From assembly GCA_051294375.1 (NCBI GenBank), contig CM119265.1, forward strand, positions 26,289,472-26,353,471: a stretch of DNA of 64,000 bases, read 5' to 3'. Positions 28,335 through 41,314 of the stretch are shown here, one piece after another (position 1 is the stretch's first letter; the number at the start of each line of letters is the position of its first letter). The notes under the pieces were generated by a model that did no database searches, was not told where the DNA came from, and worked only from the letters and a program-made list of their open reading frames with translations. The DNA comes from Paraspadella gotoi (lineage: Eukaryota; Animalia; Chaetognatha). The translations under genes and the position numbers were made by a program.

Positions 28335-29841
28335 TTACAACAGTAAAATGTCTCCTTCTAGGAGGGATGAAGCCTAGGCAATAACTACGTCAAATATAAA
28401 ATTTATAAAATATAGTAAACAAAGTATATAACTTTGTCAGTTTCATAATTCTACATTGTAAATTTAAACGTGAAATACGGCATTTTTGCAAAATATGTCC
28501 TAAAAATTGACGACTGATCTTTGACCAGGTAAGTTTTAAGGGCAAGGTCAAATCATGCGGGATCGGAACGATTTCGTTAATCAAGGAGGTCAACTTGGGT
28601 CATATGGTCCAAACGAGTTTTTTATGGTTTCAGTATAGTGGGTTAATATTCCTTGCATGTGGTTTACTCTCTGGGTAAGGTGTTCCAAGTTGATCCGAAC
28701 GTGTCGGGACATTGCCGAGTCATTTCGAATCATGTAAAAGAAACATGGAGAGACATGACGGTTAAGGTCGCGGGCGGTCGGTCTATATGGTTTTTTAAAT
28801 TTGTTTTTTTAAAATAGAGAAATAAAATTGTTTGCATTTAAGAGGCATGGGTTTTGGTTGAGAAATTAGTAATTAATACTAAGTATAAAAGGGATTAACT
28901 AAAAAACAAGTTCTTTTTTTTTCTATCTTATTTTTACTTTAAATGAAAGTCTTCATAAAAAAAATTTAATTTTACAAAAATTGTTATGGATTTTTAAATT
29001 TTCTTCTGAGAGTTTGTGATTGTTAGGTTTCACATTGAAGTTCTGTGACACTTGGAAAAAAGACAGAATTATATTATCTGCAATTATTAATAATTTAATT
29101 TTAAAATGTAGTAATATTAGCGTAATAATTAAACTCGTGGCTGGAAAGAAAATAACAAAGCTCACGGAGTGACTAGGCAAGAAAAGTTCTGCGAGGAAAA
29201 AAGGCGAAAGTGGAAAGGAAAGAGAGAGAGAGAGAGAGAGAGACAGTGAAAAAAGAGATAAAATTAAAACCCAAGGAGCCAGAGTTCAGCAAAGAGAGAA
29301 TCATAACTTAACGCTGTTTTCCTCGTCGCCTCCACCCATAACAGACAAAAAAAAAAGAAAAAGAAAAGAAACAAAAGATAAAGAAAAGAAACAAAAACAA
29401 AAAGAAAAAAAAGAAACAAAAGGAAAAAAGAAGAAAAGAAACAAAAGGAAAAACAAAAGAAATAAAGGAAAAAATAATAAAAAAAACAAAAAAAAGAAAC
29501 AAAAGAAAAATAAAAGTAACAAAGAAAAAGGAAAAATAAATAAAGAGAAAAGAAACAAAAAGAAAAAAAAAAAAAAAGGAAAAAAAAAGAAACAAAAATT
29601 AAAAAAAAGAAAAAGTGAAGAAAGAAAAAGATAAAAAAAGAACAAAAAAGTAAAAAAAAGAAAGAAACAAAAAGAAAATAGCAACAAAAAGAAAAAAAAC
29701 TAAAAAAGTTACAGATTTGTTTAAAAAAAAATTAAAAACTTTAATCTTTTTTTTCACTTTCTTTATTTTCAAATTCGCTGGCGAACAACGAAAATTGATT
29801 GATGAAAGTAGCGCGACCGAGCGAAAAGTTAGATCTCTCTC

Positions 29842-29896
<55 letters not shown>

Positions 29897-30082
29897 CTCT
29901 CTCTCTCTCTCTCTTCATTAGCAAAAGAGGAGTAGAGAAGAGAAAGAAAGATGGTGAAAAAGAAGCAATGAACGTAATAAGACAAATAATAACAGAAGAA
30001 TAAATGTCAACACAAACTAGATCTTTTTATAAATGGTGGACCAAAAAAAGGAACAACTCTCTCTCTCTCTCTCTTCTCTCTC

Positions 30083-30120
<38 letters not shown>

Positions 30121-30853
30121 TCTCTTCTCCTCTCTCTCTCTCTCATCTCTCTCTTTCTGTCTGACCCTCGAGGTCGAAAATGACCTCTGACCAAGAGATC
30201 TAGATCGTTAGGTATCTTATGTGAGAAAAAAAATAGCGAGTTTTGTGTGGCTCGTTTTTTGAGTAAATGTGAATCAAACGCGCGGACTTGAAGAAATAAG
30301 AATTGTGATTAGGAAAACGACCGAGTTTATGAAACGAAAAAGAGGAGAAAAGAAAAAAAAAGAAGGGAAAAGGAAATGGAGAGAAAGGAAAAAAAAGAGA
30401 GGAAAAAAAAAAGGGATTAAAGATTCAAGAAGGGAAATAAAGAGGAAGAAGAGACGAAAAAGGATTTCGTGAAGAAACCAAAAAAATGGAGACGAAGGCG
30501 GAAATATTTTTCTCTCTTGACTTTTACAATTTGAAATGGAGGACATTGGAAAAGGAGGAAAGTAAAGAAAAAAAAGGAGGAAAGAAAAAGAAAAAAGGAG
30601 GAAAGAAAAGAAAAAAGAAGGTAAGTAAAGAAAAAAAGAGGAAAGTAAAGAAAAAAGGAGACAAGTAAGAAAATGGAGAAAAGTACAGAAAAAGGAGGAA
30701 AGTAAAAAATATAAGAAGGAAAGAAAGAAAAGGAGAAAAGAAAAGAAGTAAAGAAATTTAAAGAAAAAAAAGAAAGAAGAGGATCAGTTTAAACAGAGAG
30801 AAAGTGAGAAAGAATGAAAGAATGCAAAGAAAGAAAAGAAGAAAGACAAGAAA

Positions 30854-30890
<37 letters not shown>

Positions 30891-31027
30891 AAAAAGAAAG
30901 AAGGAAAAAGAACTAAATAGGAAGGCTAGAAAGGGAAGAAGAAAAAATTAAAAACTACGTTACGAAATTGCTATTCCACGTGTGCATTAGGAAGAGAAGA
31001 AATTTGGAGAAAACCAGCTTAAGTGAT

Positions 31028-31093
<66 letters not shown>

Positions 31094-31819
31094 CTCGCCT
31101 TGATTTTCTCAAAAGATAATGGAAACTTTAGGCCAAGTTGGAACATTTCGTCCCACAAGGAGATCAATTTTAGATAAGGGAATTGACATTTTCTTTTCGA
31201 GAGGGGGGGGGGCGTAGGGGGGGGACGAATTTTATGAAAGAGACGAGAAAAAGATTGAGAGGCGGATTTAATGGCTTCAGTCGAGATAGTAAATGGTAAT
31301 TGTAAATTGTAAAGGGAGCGAAGGAGCATCGACGGAATTTGAGGAAATAAATCCTTAATAAATCTGAATAAATCCCTTGAGCGAGTCGAGGAGATTCGAA
31401 AGTGATTTACTTTGGGTAATACTTTTTGAAAGAGTATTTTTTTTTTTGGTTTAATTTAGTTGAAAATATTTTCTTATCGTCAGGTTAATATGGAAGGCCT
31501 AAAACGACCTTAGCCAGTCTTAAGGCTGGTGCAATAAGCTTATTTATTAAATGAATAAAATAATTTTATATTACAGGTACCGTTTCATATTTTTTTTTGT
31601 TATTCAAGATTTCAGACGTTAACTCACGAAAATTTCAACATTGCCAAAAAAGAGACACACTAAGATGTTGAAATATGAAAAATCATCTTAACTTAAAACT
31701 AAAATCTTAAATACTTTGGCCTCACAGCTGCTCGACTTTTTCCCGGCGAAGCAGGAGAGTGTTACAACGGAGCCGCGAAAGCAAGCGCCGACGCTGCAGC
31801 GAAAGGGGTGTTTTCTCTT

Positions 31820-31881
<62 letters not shown>

Positions 31882-32061
31882 CTCTCTCTCTCTCTCCTCT
31901 CTCTCTTCTCCTCTCTTCTCTCTCTCACTCACTCACTCTAGTTCAGCAAAACTCGATTAAATTATTCATTAAATTAATCGATATCTAGTTGATAACATTG
32001 TTTCGCAATATTGACTCGCTNNNNNNNNNNNNNNNNNNNNNNNNNTTTTTTTTTCTTTAAG

Positions 32062-32101
32062 ATGTCTACAGTAGAAACTCATAACGAGTCGAATGTTTCT
32101 A

Positions 32102-32133
<32 letters not shown>

Positions 32134-33305
32134 AAACAAGATGACATCCATCCGACGACTGTCGATGACGATGGCTTCGAAAACCAAAACGAAGATGGCA
32201 ACGACTCCAGCAACTTCCCCATCAATGGCTCCAGCGATTACCCCATCAACGACTCCAGCAACAGCCCCATCAACGACGAGGACAACAACAAATATCAAAA
32301 TCACCCTAAGCAAGAATCACCTCCTGATTATATGAATAGAGAAACCGACTCGTCAACCCGAGACGCAGAGAGATCGGGCGCCAAAGAATCTACAGGCGTC
32401 TTAACTTCATCAGGCGCGTCCGAATCACCAGGCGATGGAATCGTTTCGCCTTCGACGGACGACGATTTGACTGAAGCCCTCGATCCGATGTCGAATTCCG
32501 ACTTAGCAGCGTCTAAAACTTTAACTCCTTCCGCTTCCGTTCCGTCAGTTCCTGACACATCCGCTTCTGTTCCATCCGCTTCCGTTCCGTCAGTTCCTGA
32601 CACATCCGTTTCTGTTCCATCCGCTTCCATCCCGTCCGCATCAACCCCATCCGCTGTTGACAAAGACGCTTCTGTCCCGCCCACCCCTATTCCGTCCGCT
32701 TCCCTCCCGTCCGCTTCCCTCCCGTCCGCTTCCGTTCCGTCCGCTTCCGTTCCGTCCGCTTCTGAGCCATCAGAAGACGGCCTCGCGGCAATGGACGCGA
32801 TTTCCGCGAAACGACCAAACGCCGGTGTTGCATCTCCTTCCACCCACATTTCCCAATGGAAGGTTTCATCTTCCCCATCAAAATTAGTCTCTCCACCAAC
32901 TACAGCATCTCAGTCTTCAACATCATCAATTCCNNNNNNNNNNNNNNNNNNNNNNNNNNNNNNNNNNNNNNNNNNNNNNNNNNNNNNNNNNNNNNNNNNN
33001 NNNNNNNNNNNNNNNNNNNNNNNNNNNNCCCCTCCCCACCATCTCCATCACCCCTACCCCATCACCCACCTTCCCGTCCCACCTCCCCGTCCCACCCTTT
33101 CCGCAGCACCTCCCTCGAATCCTTTCGTCAACTGCAGCCGGCGCCGTCGGCGAGCGAATTGCTGCTGCTGGCGACGCTGAAGGACGCCGGGGACGCTGGA
33201 TTGAGCGGCGATGGTGGACGGGCCGCTGCTGGAGCGACGGCGGCGCCGGGGAAGGATTACGAGTCGCTGGATTACGATAGGAATTATAACTCGCCGTACG
33301 AGAAG
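32062..33305 (+). CDS. CLCN6: ClC-6-like Cl-/H+ exchanger, N-terminal coding region (interrupted by N gap 32934-33028; an internal intron cannot be excluded)
   Basis: ATG follows ttttctttaag; long S/P/D-rich ORF MSTVETHNES...; after the gap ...PGKDYESLDYDRNYNSPYEK|gttcgt, carrying the ESLDYD motif conserved in ClC-6/7 N-termini. Confidence 0.75.
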
Positions 33306-33532
33306 GTTCGTACAAGGATCGTACAAGGTTTGTACAGGGGGAATCGGGAGAATAAATGTTTGGCTCTGGGAAAAACATACTTAATGAGAGAGAATCAATG
33401 TTGGTAAGTAACCGACAAAGAGAAAGGGAGCAAAAGAGGTAGTTGAAAAAGAACTGCCTTAATAAATAAATAAATAAATAAATTAAATATATAAATTTAA
33501 AAAAAAANNNNNNNNNNNNNNNNNNNNNNNNN

Positions 33533-35282
33533 AGAATAGCCGAGAGAGATATGTACGAGAAGCATCAAAGTGGGTTTAAAGTCAATGGGTTGTTGTGCCC
33601 AACGCAAGGCTGCATGACTGATTGCATTTTAGGCTACACTAGGCGATCTTATCGCATAGCCTGTCGGCCAGGATCTTATCCGCTCGAATAGCGATCGGTG
33701 CGTGGAATCTGTTTCGTAGACTCGACAGAAAGAATCTCGGGGGGCGTAAGAGGGGGAAGGAAGAGGGGAGGGAGGTAGGGGGAGGAAAGAGGGGGGAGGG
33801 AGGAAGAGTGGAGGGGAGGAAGAAGGGGGATGAAGAGGAAGGAGGAAGAGGGGGAGGAAGAGGTGGAGAAAGCGATATACATGAGGGACAAAAAAAAAAA
33901 AAAAGATGAAAAGCGGATAAAAGAGAGAGTTTATTTCATTTCCCCTTTCGTCATTCGTTCACAGCTGGTGAAATCTCGCTGAAACGCTGTGAAACCTAGT
34001 GAAGACCAGGTCCTCCGGAGGGTGTTTTATCACTTATGCTCTTTGAAGTTTTGAACTTTAAATACTGCGAGTGAATAAAACGAATTGTTCAACAAATCAA
34101 GAATGATTTTTTTTTTAAAATATGTAAAATTCAAAAAGGTAAAGAACTAGTGCAATATTGTTAATTCCTTGATTAAGACACGATTCAGTCAAAATACTTC
34201 AGTTTCTCTCGGGTTTAATTCGCACGGTGAAACATTAAAAATTTAGAGAACCCTTGGATAATTGTTTTAATAGCCAGAGAATTTATCTTTTTAACGCAAA
34301 GTAAAATATTTTTTATATTGAAATTTGAAATATATATGTTCCTCGAATTTGTTCATTACCTTAAAATCAGGCACCAATGTATTATTCTTTTTTTCTCCCG
34401 ATTTTGAAGTAAGTTTACGACCTTGTGCCTCCCATTTTTTACCTTTCCTGCATTGGCATTTCCCGCGTTTTTGCTCTATTTCCTCTTTCTTCATGCTTCA
34501 AACTGCACCGTTATTCTTCGCTAATACCTTAGCAAATTCAAAACCAGACGGGAGATTGTAAACTAACCAACTTTTATGATCACCTTTCCATCGTAAAAAA
34601 GTTTAAGCGAGCGGAATTTTCAAAATTTTGGCGCCTCCGAATTCATTCCTTATTTTTTCGTTGAATCATACCGTCTCCGCTTTGTCCCATTTACAAGGAA
34701 TTACGTTCATAATTGCGTGTTCAAAATTTGAAATAGAGACATAAAGTTGTTCAAGGATAAGTTGTTAAGAGCTGCAAGTTAATACTGATTAATGAGTCTT
34801 TTTCCCTCCGAGAATGCCTGGAATTTGTAGCCTGGATTTGTCAAATAGAAATAAAAAGAGTGCTGGTATCGACGCGTTGGTTCATCGTCGCGAGCTAATG
34901 TATTCACGATGACAATTTTAAAGCTATTTTTTTTTGTTAAAGCAGGCTAAAGATCATTAAACAGTAATAAAAATAGGCAAAAAATAAAGGCAGAAAAAAA
35001 AGGGGGGGGCAATTAGAAGCAATGAATGGGATACAATCAAAATCATTTTTATATTGATCCAAGGAACAGATAAAGGAAAATGAGAAGCCATGTGGCAGTC
35101 ATTAATTAATATAATAATAATAATAATAATAGTAATAATAATAATAATAATAATTAATATATATAATAATAATTATAATTAATAAAAAATAATATAATAA
35201 TAATAATAATAATTATAATAATAATACTAATAATAATAGATAATAATAATTATGAATAATTCATAATATATAATAATACATC

Positions 35283-35343
<61 letters not shown>

Positions 35344-37623
35344 GATAATAATAATAAAAATAATATAAATAACTGCAAAAAGCCTATCTTTTCTATTGGC
35401 ACGCAGAAGTGGGGTAACATATTTTGTTCTGTTTATGCGAAAACATTTGAATAGGGAAAGTCAGAAATTTTGAATTATATTCTCGAATTGTAATTTTCTC
35501 TTTCGGCGCGAAATTCATCAAAGAAAAAAGTTTGTTATACGATTGGTGTTTCTTCCTCGATTCGCTCAGTCGAGTTGGGACAACTGTTTTTGTTTACAGT
35601 TTCCATGGGAATCGTAAGTCGTTTTCCCTTTTTTTTTTTTTACGCATTTTTCTTTACTCGCGGTTCTGGCGGCCAAAAAAAAGGAGATCTCCGTCGCGCC
35701 GGTCGCGCGTTTGAAAGAAAAAAATATTTATCTGAATCTAAACCAAAAGTTTGATTGAGAGGAGAAGAAGAGTGAGGATAAGTGTAAAGTAAAAAATAGG
35801 GTAAGGAGAGAGAGTAGGCGAGGGTGGAAAGTACTTAAACTTGAGAGAGAGAGGAGAGGAACGAGAGAGAGAGAGAGGAGAGAGAGAGAGAGTAGAGATG
35901 AGAGAGAGTTTTTCAAGCTATTAAGTTATAAGTAAGAGAAACCTGGATAATTGCAGAATATTATTGTTAAATTCCATTTAATAGACCGTAAACGTCATGA
36001 TGTAAAGTTTTGTATTGCTTTCTATCGATAAATTTAATGTTTAAACTTTTGTTTTCTCTTCAAAAGAAAACAATTTGTTGACAACTTGTTTAAACTTGCT
36101 GAGTTAACGTATTTTTCTTTTCTTTCAGAACAGTTTTTTTTTACCAACTCGAAGGAAAGAAAGAAAGCTGCTGGGAAAGACTGTCTCTCTTTTGATCTGC
36201 AGTCTCCTTTGCAAGTGTATAGTTTCTTTTGTATTTGTTTACACGGAACATAATTGTCCTTTGTGAGATAGGGAGCAAAAGACTGACCGAAGTAGCCTCA
36301 GAAAAGTAAACGAAAACGAAAAATGAGACAAGAGTTTTTTTTTTTAAAGAATGATACAAAAACAGACGCTACAATTTGTAAAAAGTAAAAAAAATGAGAT
36401 AAGAACTAAAAAAAAAGGAGAGCCGTGAGAAAGTCGGCTCTTTTTAAAAAGCACCCCATTTCGGTTCCGTTAAGCCCAAACTTAAATTTACAAAAAAACT
36501 TTGAGCATTATATAGTATTTGGATATATATAAAATAGCATACCATAGGCGTTTAACTATAAGATAAATCTTTTTTTTTATTTTCATGATCTTTAAATAAT
36601 ATTAACAATCATTTAGGTCTTTTAAACCTGTTTCCCGCTTATAAGCTATAGTCTATTACCAAAACCTAAAACCAATAACTAACCATAATCCCCCAACGCC
36701 TACTTCTAACCGAACTTAATACTTTAGGCCCTAATCCCCAACACTTAAACCGTCTTAACCGAATCAAACTTAAACTAATTCCTAATCCCAATCCCTAACC
36801 TTAATTCATAATGTTAAGGGATATGCGGCGGCTTTTGGGAAAATAAGGCGCGAAATGGCAATTCGCCTGCCCACTCAACGCCGCGTCGCCGCGGCGTGAC
36901 TGGCCGCGCTACATCCGCCCAACCGTCTCCACGCCCTCTGCCGCCACCCACGATTTCTTCAAATTCGTTCAACCTTTCTCTTCTCCTTCTGGTCGATATA
37001 AACTTTAGCCTCTGCCACGATTTTTTCAACTCTTTTTCTTTTTTTTCTTTTTTACTGATAATTTAATAGCTACTTATTTCTTCAAGTCGTGTAACTTTCA
37101 CATTTTTTTTTCGCTATTCACATTAACTAGTGCACACAATCTCAAGGCCTTCATAAATCTTCTTTCCTCCTTCATCCTTCTCACTTTCTTAAGCTTTTCC
37201 TATAAACTTTTTTCTCATTCTCTCTTCTCTCTCTCTCTCATCTCTCTCTCTCGCTCCTCTCTCGTCTCGTCTCTCTCTCTCCTCTCTCTCCGTCTCTCTC
37301 TCTCTTCTCCGATCTCATATCGTCTTCGCCAGTGGGCGTCTCTCCTCAAGGTTTGCCAACGAGTTGTTTGACGTTTCTTAATATTTTCTCACTCTAACAA
37401 CTCTCACAGTATTTTTCACTAGTAATATAAAAAGTTACGTCTTTATTTATAAAATGAGAAGTAACCTTTTTTTTTTCTTTCTCAAAATCACAGCTGTCAA
37501 AGTTCAAGGAAATAAAACGCAGATCAGCCTTCATTCGCAGGCAGACTTAAACCTAAGTCGCTACGCTCCTGCGGGCTTAGGTTGGCGCCTCTCTCTCTCG
37601 CTCTCTCGCTTTCTCTCTCTCTC

Positions 37624-37658
<35 letters not shown>

Positions 37659-37664
37659 CCTCTG

Positions 37665-37736
<72 letters not shown>

Positions 37737-38083
37737 TCTCTCTCTCTCAAACACACCCGCGGCGACGGGTTTCCGCGTAGACGAAGAGGGCGGCGACGAT
37801 GACGAGACGACGTTGAAGCAAGAAGCAGCAGGAGAGGAACGACGAGGCAGCCGGCCGGTGAGCAGCGCAGCACGGACCGCTTCCACTAAAGGAAAAAAGG
37901 TTAGGGATGGAGGAAAGATGTGGATAGCAGTGATCGCGGGATAGCAGGATAGCAGTGATCCTAAAGATGTTTGCTGATATAAAAACGAAATGAAAATGAA
38001 TTGACTTTAGTTAAAACTGATTGTTGGTCATGAATTTGTGTCTTTTTTATACAATGAAACATTTTTGAAACTTTTTTACCATC

Positions 38084-38169
<86 letters not shown>

Positions 38170-38399
38170 TCTACCTGTACTAAACTTTAGCTTGTTCCAA
38201 TTGTTTGACAATAACATAGATGAATTAGAGCGACGATACCAGTGGCAACGCCAATCGCGAAGTCACCGATCCTCGAATGAATTCGTTGCGAGTCGCGTGT
38301 TTTTGAGTATTTTCAACGACCTGTTGAGGCAAATCTAGATTATTAAATTTATTTAAATTGATTGATTATTGATTGATTGATGATTGATTTATTTATGAT

Positions 38400-38400
<1 letters not shown>
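33533..38400 (-). repeat. Inverted duplicate of the CLCN6 exon/intron block (exon copies at 38175-38320 and 37757-37885; intron equals the reverse complement of 47424-51658)
   Basis: Paired ORFs are identical including apparent sequencing errors, and their coordinates sum to 85191 (36814/48377, 34291/50900); begins at a 25-N gap. Confidence 0.92.
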
Positions 38401-38473
<73 letters not shown>

Positions 38474-38479
38474 TTTTAT

Positions 38480-38620
38480 TTGAAAATACTCAAAAACACG
38501 CGACTCGCAACGAATTCATTCGATGGATCGTGACTTTCGCGATTGGCGTTGCCACTGGTATTGTCGCTCTATTCATCGATGTTATTGTCAAACAATTGAA
38601 CAAGCTAAAGTTTAGTACAG
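38480..38620 (+). CDS. CLCN6: CLCN6 exon (first TM helix region), best-quality copy; 5' few bases lost at a chimeric junction
   Basis: ENTQKHATRNEFIRWIVTFAIGVATGIVALFIDVIVKQLNKLKFST-g|gtagag; the true acceptor (caacag|gtcgttgaaaat) is visible in the inverted copy ending at 38320. Confidence 0.85.
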
Positions 38621-38639
38621 GTAGAGTCTCTCTCACACA

Positions 38640-38709
<70 letters not shown>

Positions 38710-38912
38710 GATGGTAAAAAAGTTTCAAAAAATGTTTCAATTGTATAAAAAAGACCACAAATTCATGACCAAACAATCAGTTTTAACTAAAGTCAATTCA
38801 TTTTTCATTTCGTTTTTATATCAGCAAACATCTTTAGGATCACTGCTATCCTGCTATCCCGCGATCACTGCTATCCTCATCTTTCCTCAATCCTAACCCT
38901 TTTTTCCTCTAG

Positions 38913-39032
38913 TGGAAGCGTCCGTGCTGCGCTGCTCCACCGGCGGCTGCCTCGTCGTTCCTCTCCTGCTGCTTCTTGCCTTCAACGTCGTCTTCGTCAT
39001 CGTCGCCGCCCTCTTCGTCTACGCGGAACCCG
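38913..39032 (+). CDS. CLCN6: CLCN6 exon (to EPV); its true 3' end (AAG|gt) lies at 47424-47437
   Basis: ttcctctag|(V)EASVLRCSTGGCLVVPLLLLLAFNVVFVIVAALFVYAEPV; phase matches the previous exon. Confidence 0.85.
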
Positions 39033-40199
39033 TATCTCCTCATCCATCCCACAGCCCAAGGAAGTTTCATCATTCCCCATCCAAATTAGTCTCTCCATGC
39101 CATACTACATGCATCTCAGTTCCTTATCAACATCATTCATTCCCAATTGCCCGAAACAAAAAAAATTTTTTGTTTTCTCCTACCCTTCCCTGATCACCGC
39201 CTCCCTCTCCCCGAATCCCTCGCCTCCTTCGTCCCCTTCCAGCTACCACCCTAGAACAAACACAACAATGACCCACCCACAACACTCTTCACCACCTCCT
39301 CAACTGCCCCTCTCCCCACCAATCTCCATCACCCCTACCCCATCACCCACTTCCCCCGTTCCCACCTCCCCGTCCACCCTTTCCGCAGCCACTGCCCTCG
39401 AAATCCTCTTCGTCAACTGCAAGCCAGCGCCCATCGGCGAGGAAATTGCTGCCTGGCGTGCGACGCTAAGGACGCCGGGAGAACGCTGATTAGTCGGCGA
39501 TGGTGACTGGGTCCGCTGCTGGTGCAGGACGGCGGCGCCGGGGAAAGGATTACAGTCGCTGGATTACGATATGGAATTATAACTCGCCGTTACGAGAAGG
39601 TTCGTACAAGGATCGTACCTAAGGTTTGTACAGGCGGAAATCGGGAGAATAAAATGTTGCGCTCTGGGAAAAAAACATACTTAATAGAGAGAATCAAGTT
39701 GTAATAACCGACAAATGAGAAAGGAAGCAAAAGAGGTAGTTGAAAAAAAGAATCTGCCTAATAATAAATAAATAAATAATTAAAATATATAAATTAAAAA
39801 AAAAAATATATAAATAAAAATAATAAAAAATAAAAATAATAAATAATAATAAATAAATAAAATAAATAAATAAATAAAAATAATAAATAAAAATAAATAT
39901 AATAAAATAAATAAATAATAATCCAACAATCAAATTCAAATAAATCAATCAATCAATCATCAATTCAATCAATAATCACATCAATTTAAATAAATTTTAA
40001 TAATCATAGAATTGCCTCAACGGTCTGTGAAAATACTCAAAAACACGCGACTCGCAACGAATTCATTTCGTAGGATCGGTGACTTTCGCGATTGGCTTTT
40101 CCACTGTATGTCGCTCTAATTATCTCGATGTTATTGTCAAACAATTGTGAACAAGCTAAAGTTTAGACAGGTGAGATCTCTCACATCAATCACTCTCTC

Positions 40200-40251
<52 letters not shown>

Positions 40252-40600
40252 TCTCTCTCTCTGATGCGTTAAAAAAAGTTTCAAAAATGTTTCAATTGTA
40301 TTAAAAAAGAACACAATCATGACCAATACAATCATTTTAACTAAAGTCCAATTCATTTTCATTTCGTTTTTAATCACGCAAACATCTTTAGGACACTCTA
40401 GTCCTGCTATCCCGCGATCACTGCTATCCACATTCTTTCCTCAATCCCTAACCCTTTTTTCCTTTAGTGGCAAGCGTCACGTGCTGCGCTGCTCACCGGC
40501 CGGCTGCCTCGTCTTCCTCTCCTGCTGCCTTCTTGCCTTCAACGTCTCTCGTCATCGTCCGCCGCCCTCTTTCGTCTACGCGAAACCCGTCGACCGCGGT
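39033..40600 (+). repeat. Noisy extra copy of the CLCN6 N-terminal exon end and next two exons
   Basis: Indel-rich match to 32830-33500, 38480-38620 (at ~40022-40170) and 38913-39032 (at ~40468-40598); spans the N gap at 32934-33028. Confidence 0.85.
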
Positions 40601-40902
40601 GTGTTGAGAGAGAGAGAAGAGAGAGATGAGATAGAGAGAGAGAGAGAGAGAAGAGAGAAAGAAGAGTAGAGAGAGAGGAGAGAGAGAGAGAGACGGAGAG
40701 AGAGAAGAGAGGAGAGAAGAGAGAGGAGAGAGAGAGAGGAGAGAGCGAGAGAGAGAGGGAAGAGAAAGAGAAGATGAGAAGAGAGATGAGAGGATGAGAG
40801 AAGGGAGAGCAGAGGAGAGTAGAGATGAGAGAAGAAGAGGAGAGAGGAGAGAGAGAGGACAGAAGAGAGAGAGAAGAGAGAAGAAGAGGAGAGATGGAGA
40901 GA

Positions 40903-40949
<47 letters not shown>

Positions 40950-41314
40950 GAAAGAGAGAGGGAGAGAGAGAGAGAAGAGAGGAGAAGAGAGAGAGAGAGA
41001 GAGAAGAAGAGAGGTGAGAAGAGAGGAAAACGAGAGAGAAAGGGATGAGAGAGAAAGGAGGATAATACCAGAGAAAGATGAAGAGAGGATGAGAGACGAG
41101 AGAAGAGAGAGAGAGGATGAGAGAAAGGAGAGAGTGAAGAGAGAAAGGAAGATAAGTACCAGAAGAGAGAAGGAGAGAGCAGAGAGAGAAGAGAGAAGAG
41201 AAGTGAGAGATGAGAGAGAGAGAGAACGAGAGTCATGGAGAGTAGAGAGAGAGAGAGAGAGAAGAGGGAGAGAAAAAGGAGGATAGTACCAGAAAGAGAG
41301 AGAGGAGAGATGAG

